Shown here in pieces: positions 28,353 through 37,834 of a stretch of 64,000 nt of DNA. This DNA comes from an uncultured Gemmatimonadales bacterium. GTDB taxonomy: Bacteria; Gemmatimonadota; Gemmatimonadetes; Gemmatimonadales; GWC2-71-9. The stretch covers positions 3,591,862-3,655,861 of the forward strand of contig CAVWRM010000001.1 of assembly GCA_963757525.1 (NCBI GenBank), given 5' to 3'. The number at the start of each line of letters is the position of its first letter. Position 1 is the stretch's first letter. Made by a program: the position numbers and the translations under genes. The notes under the pieces were generated by a model, which was not told the DNA's origin, did not search any database, and worked only from the letters and a program-made list of their open reading frames with translations.

Positions 28353-29822
28353 ATGGCCAGGGACACCGATGATGATCTGCTGAACCGCCTCCGCCGGCTC
28401 GAGCGGGCCGCCCGGCCCCTGGAGCCCGGTGCCACGCGGCGCAAACGGCTTCGCAACGCCGTGGTGGCATCCTCCGAGCGGCACCTCCGGCGCCTGGCCA
28501 ATCTCCCCGCATACACCGATACCGATGACAAGGGCGTCGGGATCCTGAGCGAGCCGATCGCCGAAGAGGGCCGGTCGATCGACGCGGCGATCGCCCTGCT
28601 GGAGGAGCACGTGTTCCGACCGGGGCTGCATCCCGCCTCCGCCGGGCATCTCGCCTACGTCCCAGGCGGAGGTCTCTACTGCTCCGCGCTGGGCGACTAT
28701 CTCGCCGCGGTGAGCAACGAATACGCGGGTGTGTTCTTTGCCGGGCCCGGGGCGGTCCGGATGGAGAATCTGCTCGTCCGATGGGTGGCCGATCTCGTCG
28801 GCTATCCCGGGACGGCTGGCGGCAGCCTCCTGTCGGGCGGCAGCCTCGCCACACTGGCCGCGATCGCGACCGCTCGGCAGGCACATGGATTAAGGGGAGC
28901 GGACTACGCCTCGGCCGTCGTCTATCTCACCAGCCAGGCTCACCACTGCATCCAGAAGTCTCTCGCTCTGGCCGGCCTGGGCGATGTCCAGGTCCGCTCC
29001 ATTCGGGTCGACGCTCGTTACCGCATGCAGCCGGACGCCCTCGCCGAGACGATCGCGGCGGACCGCGGCCAGGGCCTGCGGCCGTGGCTCGTCATCGCAT
29101 CGGCCGGCACCACCGACACGGGTGCGATCGATCCGCTCGACGCGATCGCGACGATCGCCGCCCGGGAGCGCTGCTGGTTTCACGTGGATGCGGCCTACGG
29201 GGGATTCTTCCTGTTGACCGAGGAGTCTCGCGACGCCTTCAAGGGAATCGAGCGATCCGATTCCGTGATCCTCGATCCGCACAAGGGGCTCTTCCTGCCC
29301 TACGGCGCCGGCATGGTGCTGGTTCGCAACGTCGAGCAGCTCGCCGCCGCGCACGACTACACCGGCCACTACATGCAGGACGCCGACCGGGAACCCGGGG
29401 AGATCTCGCCCGCCGACGTCTCACCCGAGCTGTCGCGCCACTTCCGGGCGCTCCGCATGTGGCTGCCGCTCATCGTGGCGGGGGTCCGCCCGTTCCGGGC
29501 GGCACTCGAGGAGAAGCTGCTGCTGGCCCGCTACTTCTATCGCGTGATCCAGGACGCCGGTTTCGCGGTGGGTCCGCCGCCCGAGCTGTCGATCGTGACG
29601 TATCGCTGGGCCCCGGGCGGCATGAGCCTCGATCGGGCCAACGACCTCAACCGCCGGATCGTGGACGGGGTCCGTCGGGACGGGCGCGTGTTCATCTCGT
29701 CGACGATGCTCGATGACCACTTTACCATGCGGCTGGCCGTGCTGGCCTTCCGGACCCACCGGCGCACGATCGATCTGGCGATCCGCGTGCTGCGGGAGCA
29801 GGCGGCATTGCTGGCGCGCTGA
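28353..29822 (+). CDS. group II PLP-dependent (aromatic) amino acid decarboxylase
   Basis: SGGS, AGTTDTGAID, HVDAAYGG, DPHK (PLP Lys). Confidence 0.92.
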   Translation: MARDTDDDLLNRLRRLERAARPLEPGATRRKRLRNAVVASSERHLRRLANLPAYTDTDDKGVGILSEPIAEEGRSIDAAIALLEEHVFRPGLHPASAGHLAYVPGGGLYCSALGDYLAAVSNEYAGVFFAGPGAVRMENLLVRWVADLVGYPGTAGGSLLSGGSLATLAAIATARQAHGLRGADYASAVVYLTSQAHHCIQKSLALAGLGDVQVRSIRVDARYRMQPDALAETIAADRGQGLRPWLVIASAGTTDTGAIDPLDAIATIAARERCWFHVDAAYGGFFLLTEESRDAFKGIERSDSVILDPHKGLFLPYGAGMVLVRNVEQLAAAHDYTGHYMQDADREPGEISPADVSPELSRHFRALRMWLPLIVAGVRPFRAALEEKLLLARYFYRVIQDAGFAVGPPPELSIVTYRWAPGGMSLDRANDLNRRIVDGVRRDGRVFISSTMLDDHFTMRLAVLAFRTHRRTIDLAIRVLREQAALLAR

Positions 29823-29858
29823 CCGCGATCATCCCGCGACCCCCGCCGACCGACAAGG

Positions 29859-30263
29859 CTACGGCTCCTCGCCGGCTCTCGGAGCGAGGCAAACGGTGAG
29901 CAGCATGTCGCTCTCGATGGTCGCGCGCACGCTGTGCGGCACACTGGGGTCGAGAAACAACGCCTCACCCATCTTGAGCACGCCGACAGCGCCGGCCGCC
30001 TCGACCGTCAGCTCCCCCCGCAGGCAGTGGATCACGACGTGGCCGGGCGCGCGGTGCTCGGGCAGCTCGCCACCGGCCTCGAACGCGAACAGCACGAGCC
30101 GTGTCTGTCCGCGGTGCACCAGCCCCGCTTGGCGGTGACCCTGGGTCGACGGGTGCGGCTCCGCGTGCAACGCGCGAGCGAGGTCGGGCAGGTTGAGCGT
30201 GACCGCGGGCCCCGCCAGTCGTACACTCGGATGCGGTCGCAGCCGCTGCTCGCTCTCAGTCAT
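29859..30263 (-). CDS. cupin domain protein
   Basis: LPEH.APG...H.L.G, PHSV; ATGA overlap. Confidence 0.85.
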   Translation of the reverse strand: MTESEQRLRPHPSVRLAGPAVTLNLPDLARALHAEPHPSTQGHRQAGLVHRGQTRLVLFAFEAGGELPEHRAPGHVVIHCLRGELTVEAAGAVGVLKMGEALFLDPSVPHSVRATIESDMLLTVCLAPRAGEEP

Positions 30264-30850
30264 GCCCGTCTCCCTCTGGCCGCCGTATCCTGGTCGAGTC
30301 GTGCCCGAATGTCGGCCAGCAGCGGATCCACGGCGGTGTACTGCCGGCCGTACTGCAGATTGAAATCGTAGTCGAAGTCGGCGGGGTTCTTGCCCTGATT
30401 GTGCTGCAGAATCGTCTCGAGCTTGTCCAGACCCTTGGCGAGCCGCGCCTCGGGCGAGACGGCCGCCTCGTACTCGTCCCACAATTCGACGATCTCCGCA
30501 CGGAGCGGCGGCGGCAGCGGCTCGATCAGCCGGAGGAGATCGGCCCGCTCTTCCCCCGCCTTGCTGCCTTGGCCCGCCTGGAGGGGAGCCGGGATGTCAC
30601 CGCGGATCGCTTCGCCCAGGTCGTGGATCAGGCACATCTTGATCAGCCGCGGGAAGCGGACCTCGGGGAAGTACCGGTGACACACCATCGCCATGAGGCA
30701 CAGTCGCCAGGTGTGCTCGGCCACGCTCTCCGGCTGGCCGGTGGAGGTCCACGCGCTCCGGGTCAGCGTCTTCAGCCGCTCGGCCGCACGGAGGAACGAC
30801 AACACCCCGTCGATCTCGTCGTCAGGTCCGAGGTCGCGTTCGTCGCGCAT
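30260..30850 (-). CDS. HD domain phosphohydrolase (HD_3/YfbR-like)
   Basis: ESVAEHTWRL, IHDLGEA..GD, LDKLE. Confidence 0.9.
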   Translation of the reverse strand: MRDERDLGPDDEIDGVLSFLRAAERLKTLTRSAWTSTGQPESVAEHTWRLCLMAMVCHRYFPEVRFPRLIKMCLIHDLGEAIRGDIPAPLQAGQGSKAGEERADLLRLIEPLPPPLRAEIVELWDEYEAAVSPEARLAKGLDKLETILQHNQGKNPADFDYDFNLQYGRQYTAVDPLLADIRARLDQDTAARGRRA

Positions 30851-30859
30851 GGGGGGAAT

Positions 30860-31031
30860 CTAGGAGCGCCCTGGTCCCACCGCATCGGGCATCCGTCGCA
30901 CGATGATGGTGGACAGCATGGTGGCCACGAGCGTGGGCTCCACCTGGTCCGCGGCGGAGGTAGCCGTTCTGCTGGGTGAAGCGAGGCGAAAAGGGCAGCC
31001 GCAGATCCACCTCGCCGGGCGCGGGGCTCAT
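30860..31031 (-). pseudogene. PaaI-like thioesterase remnant with internal deletion and frameshift
   Basis: PGEVDLRLPF...FTQQNGYL in one frame joins TLVATMLSTIIV* in another; hotdog core missing. Confidence 0.6.
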
Positions 31032-31036
31032 CGGCG

Positions 31037-31642
31037 CTAATGGATCCGGTAGAAGAGGACGAGGTCGAGGCCGGCCACCAGCAGCATCGCCGGCAGCACC
31101 GCGCGTCCGATCGGGTAGGGCCGATCGGTCCGGGTCGCGAACGCGTGCACCAGACCACCACCGGCCATCGCGGTGCCCATGATCCAGTGGTGGAGCTGTT
31201 CCCCGAAACGCGGCAGATGGGTATGCGTCCCTCCGTGCACCCCGATAGCCAATCCGGCGAGGATGGCCGTGATGGGCATCGTCCACCGCCACCCGCCAGC
31301 GGGCAGCCCGCCGGCGGCGCGTGCACCTTCCACGCCCCCGGCCACCATCGCGCAGATCCCCGCCGTCTTGTGCTGAATGACGTGGACCTTCTGCACGGTG
31401 GCAAGCCAGACCGACAGGCTATTGGGAAAGACGCTGAGGAAGGTGTCCCAGGCGCCGACGCGCGCATAGGTGCGCTCCTGCGTCTCGGTCGGGATGACGA
31501 GAAACAGGCCGATGAAGAAGAGCAGCGCCGGCCAGATGTATCGCAGCGGCGAGGCCGGAAATGCCTCCGCGCCGATCCAGCAGATGCCGGCCAGCGCCAG
31601 GCCGACGCCGAACAGGATGTGCACGTGCTCGGTGTGCGTCAC
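31037..31642 (-). CDS. His-containing integral membrane protein
   Basis: multiple TMs with His at helix ends (EHVH, IQHK, VHGGTH, QLHHW). Confidence 0.7.
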   Translation of the reverse strand: MTHTEHVHILFGVGLALAGICWIGAEAFPASPLRYIWPALLFFIGLFLVIPTETQERTYARVGAWDTFLSVFPNSLSVWLATVQKVHVIQHKTAGICAMVAGGVEGARAAGGLPAGGWRWTMPITAILAGLAIGVHGGTHTHLPRFGEQLHHWIMGTAMAGGGLVHAFATRTDRPYPIGRAVLPAMLLVAGLDLVLFYRIH

Positions 31643-31679
31643 CGGATCCTCCCCGGCCTCCCCGTGCCGGACGGCGCCT

Positions 31680-31913
31680 TCAGGCGTGATCGGCGACGGC
31701 GGTCACCCCCGACTCACGGGCACAGTGGGCGCAACAGTAGAACGCGCCGTTCGCCTCCATCCCGTGGCCTACGATCTTGCAGCCGCAGTGATCGCACACC
31801 GGCGCGAGCCGGTGAATGGCGCACTCGAAACTGTCGAACGTATGCTGTCGACCCGCCGCGATGACCTGGAACGACATGTGGTAGTCGTTCCCGCAGACTT
31901 CACACTTCGCCAT
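31680..31913 (-). CDS. prokaryotic metallothionein-like Cys-rich protein
   Basis: CEVCGN, FDSFECAIH, C.HCGC, YCCAHCA; AGGAG SD. Confidence 0.85.
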   Translation of the reverse strand: MAKCEVCGNDYHMSFQVIAAGRQHTFDSFECAIHRLAPVCDHCGCKIVGHGMEANGAFYCCAHCARESGVTAVADHA

Positions 31914-32004
31914 GAGATCCTCCTATGCTCGGGGCAGACCAGTGCCGGGTCTCATGGAGAGCCCCGGTGGATTCGGGTCCAGGTACATCCGTCACGACGG
32001 CTAC

Positions 32005-32547
32005 TCACGAACGCGGCTTCTCGTGGTCGGTGAGTATCGGCAGCACCGGCACCCATGGCCCGACGGCTTCACGGTACTGCTTGGCCATCACCCGGGCCAC
32101 CTGGGCGAGGTGCCCCAGGTCGTGGACGACCCATCCCGCCAGCAGCTGCCGGAGTGTCACCGGGCCATAGACGGGGTGAATGCCGTGGAGGTCGAGTTGT
32201 GCCTCTGTCAGGCGCCACGACGAGAGCAGGTCGAGGTTCGCGCCGCGCACGGTCGCGAACTCCGCGAGGAGGGACTGCAGGGTCCGCCCTACGTTGCGTG
32301 TGCGATGACGGAAGCGATCGTACGGCTCGAAGCGCGGCTCGGGACCACCAGCCAGGATGATTCGCGCCCGGGGAAGCCAGTCGGTCTCTTCCCCGTCGAT
32401 CAGATGGCCGACCACGTCGAACGGGCTGAACGTATCCGGGCCTTCCCTGGCCGTGACCCATGAATTACCGAGACCGTCGAGCAATGCCGCCAGCGTCGCG
32501 GGCGTGCGGCGCAGTACCGCGGCGGATTCCTGTAGATCGAAATGCAT
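32005..32547 (-). CDS. DinB family protein
   Basis: L.RTP..L, SPFDVVGHLIDGE..DW, WVVHDLGH. Confidence 0.9.
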   Translation of the reverse strand: MHFDLQESAAVLRRTPATLAALLDGLGNSWVTAREGPDTFSPFDVVGHLIDGEETDWLPRARIILAGGPEPRFEPYDRFRHRTRNVGRTLQSLLAEFATVRGANLDLLSSWRLTEAQLDLHGIHPVYGPVTLRQLLAGWVVHDLGHLAQVARVMAKQYREAVGPWVPVLPILTDHEKPRS

Positions 32548-32595
32548 GAGACCTTCTAGCTCCTCGCGAGTCGGAGACCGGCCGCCGACGTCCCC

Positions 32596-32627
32596 GTGAC
32601 AACCAATGTCACTATGACAATCGTCAT
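32596..32627. promoter_or_regulatory. tandem inverted repeats (putative operator) between dinB and DUF5916 genes
   Basis: GTGACA-N5-TGTCAC followed by ATGAC-N4-GTCAT. Confidence 0.5.
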
Positions 32628-32757
32628 GCGCCTGCGACGACGATGTACGTGACCCCCCCGAGCGAAACCAGCGTGTGCGGCTTCCCGTAAACATCCTGGA
32701 GGCTAATTTCCTCAACGGCCGACGTCGCGGCCAGTCCCCACTCCAACTCAGCCCAAC

Positions 32758-35022
32758 ATGCTCGCGTTCCTGCTGCTTCTCCAGGACCCCGTCGCCGGAA
32801 CCGTCGTCCCCGGCAAGGGGTCTCCCACCGCGAGCATCCCGCGCATCGAAGCGTCGGTCCGGATCGACGGCAGGCTGGACGAGCCGGTATGGGCGCAGGC
32901 GACTCGGCTCACCGGCTTCTGGCAGTATCAGCCGGTGGATGGCCGTCCCGCGGAAGAAGACACCGAAGTGCTCGTGTGGTACGCGCCGGATGCGATCCAT
33001 TTCGGGATCATCGCGCACGATCGCAACCCCACCGCGGTCCGCGCCACCGTAGCCGACCGCGACAACATCGACACCGACGATCACGTCGTCCTCGACATCG
33101 ACACCTTCCACGACCGCCGGCGCGCGTTCTTCTTCGGCGTCAATCCTCTCGGCGCCCAGAGCGACGGCGTGCGGAGTGAAGGCGCCGGCCAGGTGAGCAG
33201 CCTCATTCCCGGCAGCACGGACAAGAACCCCGACTTCATCTGGCAGTCCAAGGGCCGGCTTACCGACACGGGCTACGAGATCGAGATCCGGATCCCGTTC
33301 AAGAGCCTGCGCTACCCGGGAGGCGGGCCGCAGGAATGGGGATTCAACGTGACTCGCGTCGTGCAGCGCACGGGGTATACCGATACCTGGACCGATGTGC
33401 GCCGGGCCAACGCCAGTTTTCTCGGCCAGGAAGGCGCCATCGCGGGACTGCACGATCTGAAGCGGGGAGTGGCGGTGGAGGCCCAGCCGTTCGTCACCGC
33501 GACCGCCAATGGCACCCGCGACGTCGCCACGGGCAGGTTCGACCGGGAGGACGTCGATCCGGACGCAGGCCTGAGCTTCCGGCTCGGGTTCACGAGCTAC
33601 GCGCTCGACGCCACCATCAATCCCGACTTCAGCCAGGTCGAGAGCGACGCCGGCCAGGTCACCGTAAACGAGCGGTTCGCCCTGTTCTTTCCGGAGAAGC
33701 GTCCGTTCTTTCTCGAGGGCATCGAGCTGTTCGGGTCGCCCCAGACGCTGGTCTATACCCGACGGATCGTGAACCCGAAAGCTGGCGCCAAGTTCACCGG
33801 CAAGTTCGGCCAGCTCGGGGTGGCGCATCTGACGGCGGTGGACGAGACCGACACCGACGACGCCTGGTTCAACATCACCAGGCTTCGCCGGGACTTCGGC
33901 CGCAACTCCATCGCCGGCGTGACGTTCACGAATCGGGACCAGGGCGACCGGCACAACCGGGTCCTCGCCGGCGACTTCCGGTACGTATGGAGCCTCTATT
34001 ACGTGCAGGCCCAGTATGGCCAGGCATGGACCAGCGACGCCGCGGGGAGCCGCCACGCCCCGATCTGGCAGGCGGAGTACGACCGCACGGGGCGGTCGTG
34101 GGGATTCAACTACGTGCTGAACGGCCAGGGGATCGGGTTCGACGACCAGGCCGGGTTCGTGAACCGCCTTCGGAGCGGCGTGGCATACGGTCACGCCTTC
34201 AACCGGTTCACGATCTACGGCGCGCGGGGCGCGCTGCTGGAGAACCTCACCTTCTTCGGCGGGCCGGAGCGAACCTGGCTCTACCACAAGTTCGGATTCA
34301 CGCCGGGTCTCGAGGGAGACGAGTACGTCGATGCCACGTTTCAGCTCCGCGGCGGCTGGGCCCTGAACGGACGGATCGAGCGCGACTTCGTGACCTTTCA
34401 GGACAGCACCTACGCCGACTATACCATCGGCGGCGCGACCGGTCCCGTCTACCGGCCGACGTCGGATTTCTCGGGCTTCACCTGGTCCACCAAGATCACC
34501 GCCCCGGTGTGGCAGCGGATGGATGGCAACCTCCAGTACCGCCGGGGCCGGGCCGCGTTGTTCGAGGAGGGCGCCACCGGGCGTGGCTGGCAGCTCACCG
34601 GCAATCTCAACTTCCGCCCCGCCCCCACGATCCGCGTCGCGGCCACCGGGACGGTCTTCCGACTCTTCCGCCTCACCGGCGGGGAGTTCGCGCGCTCGAT
34701 CATCCCGCGGCTCAAGGTGGAGTACCAGCCGAACCGGGCGCTCTTCTTCCGGGTCATCGGGGAATACCGTTCCGAGCGTCGCACCGCCCTGGTCGAGCCC
34801 TCGTCGGCCGAATCGCTGTTCGTCTCGGGACAGGCACAGGGCGCCACCAGCTTCAACGGCCTCCGGGTGGACCTGCTCGCTTCGTTCGAGCCCACGCCGG
34901 GCACCGTCGCCTTCCTCGGGTACGGGAGCTCGCTCGAGACGGATGCCGACTTCAACTGGTCGCGTTTGTCGCGGGTGAACGACGGATTCTTCCTGAAGCT
35001 CGCCTACCAGATCCGGCAGTAG
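32758..35022 (+). CDS. CBM9-like / DUF5916 outer-membrane protein
   Basis: IDGRLDEPVW, E.RIPFKSLRY, TINPDFSQVE, EKRPFFLEG, C-terminal FFLKLAY. Confidence 0.88.
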   Translation: MLAFLLLLQDPVAGTVVPGKGSPTASIPRIEASVRIDGRLDEPVWAQATRLTGFWQYQPVDGRPAEEDTEVLVWYAPDAIHFGIIAHDRNPTAVRATVADRDNIDTDDHVVLDIDTFHDRRRAFFFGVNPLGAQSDGVRSEGAGQVSSLIPGSTDKNPDFIWQSKGRLTDTGYEIEIRIPFKSLRYPGGGPQEWGFNVTRVVQRTGYTDTWTDVRRANASFLGQEGAIAGLHDLKRGVAVEAQPFVTATANGTRDVATGRFDREDVDPDAGLSFRLGFTSYALDATINPDFSQVESDAGQVTVNERFALFFPEKRPFFLEGIELFGSPQTLVYTRRIVNPKAGAKFTGKFGQLGVAHLTAVDETDTDDAWFNITRLRRDFGRNSIAGVTFTNRDQGDRHNRVLAGDFRYVWSLYYVQAQYGQAWTSDAAGSRHAPIWQAEYDRTGRSWGFNYVLNGQGIGFDDQAGFVNRLRSGVAYGHAFNRFTIYGARGALLENLTFFGGPERTWLYHKFGFTPGLEGDEYVDATFQLRGGWALNGRIERDFVTFQDSTYADYTIGGATGPVYRPTSDFSGFTWSTKITAPVWQRMDGNLQYRRGRAALFEEGATGRGWQLTGNLNFRPAPTIRVAATGTVFRLFRLTGGEFARSIIPRLKVEYQPNRALFFRVIGEYRSERRTALVEPSSAESLFVSGQAQGATSFNGLRVDLLASFEPTPGTVAFLGYGSSLETDADFNWSRLSRVNDGFFLKLAYQIRQ

Positions 35023-35029
35023 GCGACCG

Positions 35030-35605
35030 CTACGGATTGTAGATCGATCCGCCCTGGCGCTGGTACAGCTCGAGGACGGCGACCGCTTCCCCGCGGAGCA
35101 CCCCCCGGCTCACCTCGACCCCGCGCGATTCGAGATAGGCGTAGGACTCCGGAAAGACGGGGCCCTCGTCGAAGCCCACCGCCGTCGCGTCGGTCCGATC
35201 GGCGCCGGTCACGAGGCGCCGAACTCCGCTCCAGAGGGCCGCGCCGAGACACATGGCGCAGGGATCGCACGAGGTGAAGAGCTCGTGCTGGGCCAGACCG
35301 GGCCCGAGCAGGGTGTACGAGCCCACCCGCTGCTCCGCCAGCATGAGCGCCAGCACCTCGGCGTGCAGCACGCTGTTGTTGAGCCGGGTGACGCTGTTCA
35401 CGCCTACCGCGACGAGGACCCCGCTTCCGATCTCGAACACCGCCGCGCCGAACGGTCCGCCGGCGCCGCGCAGCACGTTCTGGCGGGACAGCTCGATGGC
35501 GAGCGCCATCTTGCCGTCGTCGGTAACCCGGCGGGTCCCCCAGTCGACCACGTCCCTGGTCCATTCCGGACACCCTGCCGTAACTACCCTATCATGATCG
35601 GACAC
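35030..35605 (-). CDS. Zn-dependent nucleoside/nucleobase deaminase (guanine deaminase-like)
   Basis: GGPFGA, HAE, PCAMC, GFDEG; GGAG SD before GTG. Confidence 0.88.
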   Translation of the reverse strand: MSDHDRVVTAGCPEWTRDVVDWGTRRVTDDGKMALAIELSRQNVLRGAGGPFGAAVFEIGSGVLVAVGVNSVTRLNNSVLHAEVLALMLAEQRVGSYTLLGPGLAQHELFTSCDPCAMCLGAALWSGVRRLVTGADRTDATAVGFDEGPVFPESYAYLESRGVEVSRGVLRGEAVAVLELYQRQGGSIYNP

Positions 35606-35627
35606 AATACCTCTCCTCAAGGAGCCT

Positions 35628-35703
35628 AAAGCTCAAAGCTCAAAGCTGAAAGCGAGCGAGATTCAGCTTTCAGCTTTCAGCTTTGAGCTTTCAGCTTTCA
35701 GCT
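35628..35703. repeat. inverted pair of heptamer tandem repeats
   Basis: (AAAGCTS)x3+AAAGCGA, short spacer, then (SAGCTTT)x5+CAGCT. Confidence 0.9.
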
Positions 35704-36499
35704 GTTCCACCCTCCGCTCGAGAAATCGACGCTCGGGCCCCTGTTGGGTGAGTGCCAATGCCCGCTGATAGGATTCGCGAGCTTCCGTGGTCTTGCCGAG
35801 CCGCCGGTACAGGTCGGCCCGGGCTGAATACGCCAGGTGATAGGCCCCGAGATCACCGCGCGCCAGGATCGCATCGATCAGCGCGATGCCGGCGCCGGGC
35901 CCGTCGCGCATCGCGATCGCCACCGCACGGTTGAGCGCGACCACCGGCGAGGGGTCGGCCCCGATCAGCACGTCGTACAGCCCCACGATCTGGTCCCAGT
36001 CGGTGGCCGCCGCGGTGGGCGCCCCGCTGTGAACGGCGGCGATGGCCGCCTGCAGCGTGTAGGGGCCGAACCGCCGGGACGAGATCGCGCGCTCCACCAG
36101 GGCCGACCCTTCGGCGATCTGCTCGCGGTTCCAGCGCGAGCGATCCTGATCCTCAAGGAGGATGAGATCGCCCGCCGGCGAGGCTCGGGCGACGCGGCGC
36201 GACTCGGAGAGCAGCATCAACCCGAGCAGGCCCTGCACCTCCGCGTCGGGGAGCAGCTCGAAGAGCAGCCTCCCCAGCCGGATCGCCTCGGCGGACAGAT
36301 CGGCTCTCGTGAGCGAGGTCCCCGAGGAGGCGGAGTAGCCCTCGTTGAAGACGAGATACACCACCCGCAGCACGCCGTCGAGCCTCGCCGGCAGCTCCGC
36401 GGGCGAGGGCACCTCATAGGGGATTCCGGCGTCCCGGATCTTGGCCTTGGCGCGAACGATTCGCTGGGCCACCGTGGGCGCCGCCGAAAGAAAGGCCCG
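35663..36499 (-). pseudogene. 5'-truncated ECF42-like sigma factor (end of region 4 + DUF6596/TPR extension)
   Basis: [43 protein letters not shown]; in-frame TGA at 36509-36511, region 2 absent. Confidence 0.85.
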
Positions 36500-36630
36500 G
36501 AGCGGGCTTCAGCTCCGCGGGCGTTTCCCCCGTTCGCCGCGCGACCAGCGTGTGGGTGGACATGGTCCCTTTCCAGAGCGCTGTGGAGTGTAGCCGGACC
36601 CCGGCATCTTGTGCGAGGCGGCCTCCTGCG

Positions 36631-36659
36631 TGTCGAAACGGGAGCCCGTCGATCGACTA
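36631..36659 (+). promoter_or_regulatory. ECF42-type promoter upstream of the BNR propeller-MoaD operon
   Basis: TGTCGA (36631-36636)-N17-CGACTA, same architecture as upstream of YciI. Confidence 0.75.
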
Positions 36660-36718
36660 CATTCAGGCGGGCCGGGCCCGCCGGTTGGGCCATGTCGCAC
36701 GCACCGAAGGAGACTTCA

Positions 36719-37834
36719 ATGAGCGGAGTACGGGTACTGGTCGGCACGCGCAAAGGCGCGTTCGTCCTGACCTCGGACGGGAAACGCAGCCGATGGGAGG
36801 TCAGCGGCCCACACTTCGCGGGGTGGGAGATCTATCATCTCAAGGGATCGCCGGCCGATCCCGACCGACTCTACGCGTCGCAATCGAGCGGCTGGTCGGG
36901 TCAGGTGATGCAGCGCTCCGATGACGGCGGGAAGACGTGGGAAGCGGTGGGGAACACCTTCGCCTACGACGGCGTGCCGGGCACGCACCAGTGGTATGAC
37001 GGCACCCAGCACCCCTGGGAATTCAAGCGGGTCTGGCATCTCGAGCCGTCACTCACCGACCCGGATACGGTCTTCGCCGGGGTCGAGGACGCGGCGTTGT
37101 TCCGGTCGACCGACGGCGGCAATACCTGGCAGGAGCTGGCCGGCCTCCGTGGTCACGACTCGGGTCCTTCCTGGCAGCCGGGCGCAGGCGGCATGTGTCT
37201 CCATACGATCGTGCAGGACCCCGCGAGGCCGACGCGCATGTTCATCGCCATCTCCGCTGCCGGCGTCTTTCGGACCGACGACGCGGGCGCGACGTGGACG
37301 CCGGTGAATCGCGGGCTTCGCTCCCAGTATATCCCGAACCCCACGGCGGAGGTTGGCCACTGCGTGCACCGGATCGCGATGCACCCCTCGCGCCCGAACG
37401 TGCTGTTCATGCAGAAGCACTGGGACGTGATGCGGAGCGACGACGGGGGCGACTCCTGGGCGGAGATCAGCGGCAATCTCCCGAGTGATTTCGGGTTCCC
37501 CATCGACGTCCACCCGCACGAGCCGGAAACCGTCTACGTGGTCCCGATCAAGAGCGACTCCGAGCACTATCCCCCCGAAGGCAAGCTTCGGGTGTATCGG
37601 AGCCGGAGCGGCGGCAACGAATGGGAGGCGCTCACCAAGGGCCTGCCCCAGAAGGACTGTTACGTGAACGTGCTGCGCGACGCCATGTCGGTGGATTCGC
37701 TCGACGAGTGCGGCGTGTATTTCGGGACCACCGGCGGGCAGGTCTACGCGTCGGCGGACGGCGGCGACAGCTGGGGGCCCATCGTGCGAGACCTTCCCGG
37801 CGTCCTGTCGGTGGAGGTCCAGACGCTGCGATGA
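36719..37834 (+). CDS. BNR/Asp-box beta-propeller protein (sialidase-like, often annotated glycosyl hydrolase)
   Basis: AAGGAG SD; repeated S.DGG.TW Asp boxes; [10 protein letters not shown] start. Confidence 0.9.
   Translation: MSGVRVLVGTRKGAFVLTSDGKRSRWEVSGPHFAGWEIYHLKGSPADPDRLYASQSSGWSGQVMQRSDDGGKTWEAVGNTFAYDGVPGTHQWYDGTQHPWEFKRVWHLEPSLTDPDTVFAGVEDAALFRSTDGGNTWQELAGLRGHDSGPSWQPGAGGMCLHTIVQDPARPTRMFIAISAAGVFRTDDAGATWTPVNRGLRSQYIPNPTAEVGHCVHRIAMHPSRPNVLFMQKHWDVMRSDDGGDSWAEISGNLPSDFGFPIDVHPHEPETVYVVPIKSDSEHYPPEGKLRVYRSRSGGNEWEALTKGLPQKDCYVNVLRDAMSVDSLDECGVYFGTTGGQVYASADGGDSWGPIVRDLPGVLSVEVQTLR

Noticed and set aside
32548-34287. 760-aa minus ORF as a long DinB fusion
   Set aside because: The extension is antisense to the DUF5916 gene; DinB starts at 32547
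35837-36718. N-terminal extension of the BNR propeller
   Set aside because: Antisense to the sigma remnant; SD and promoter support ATG 36719
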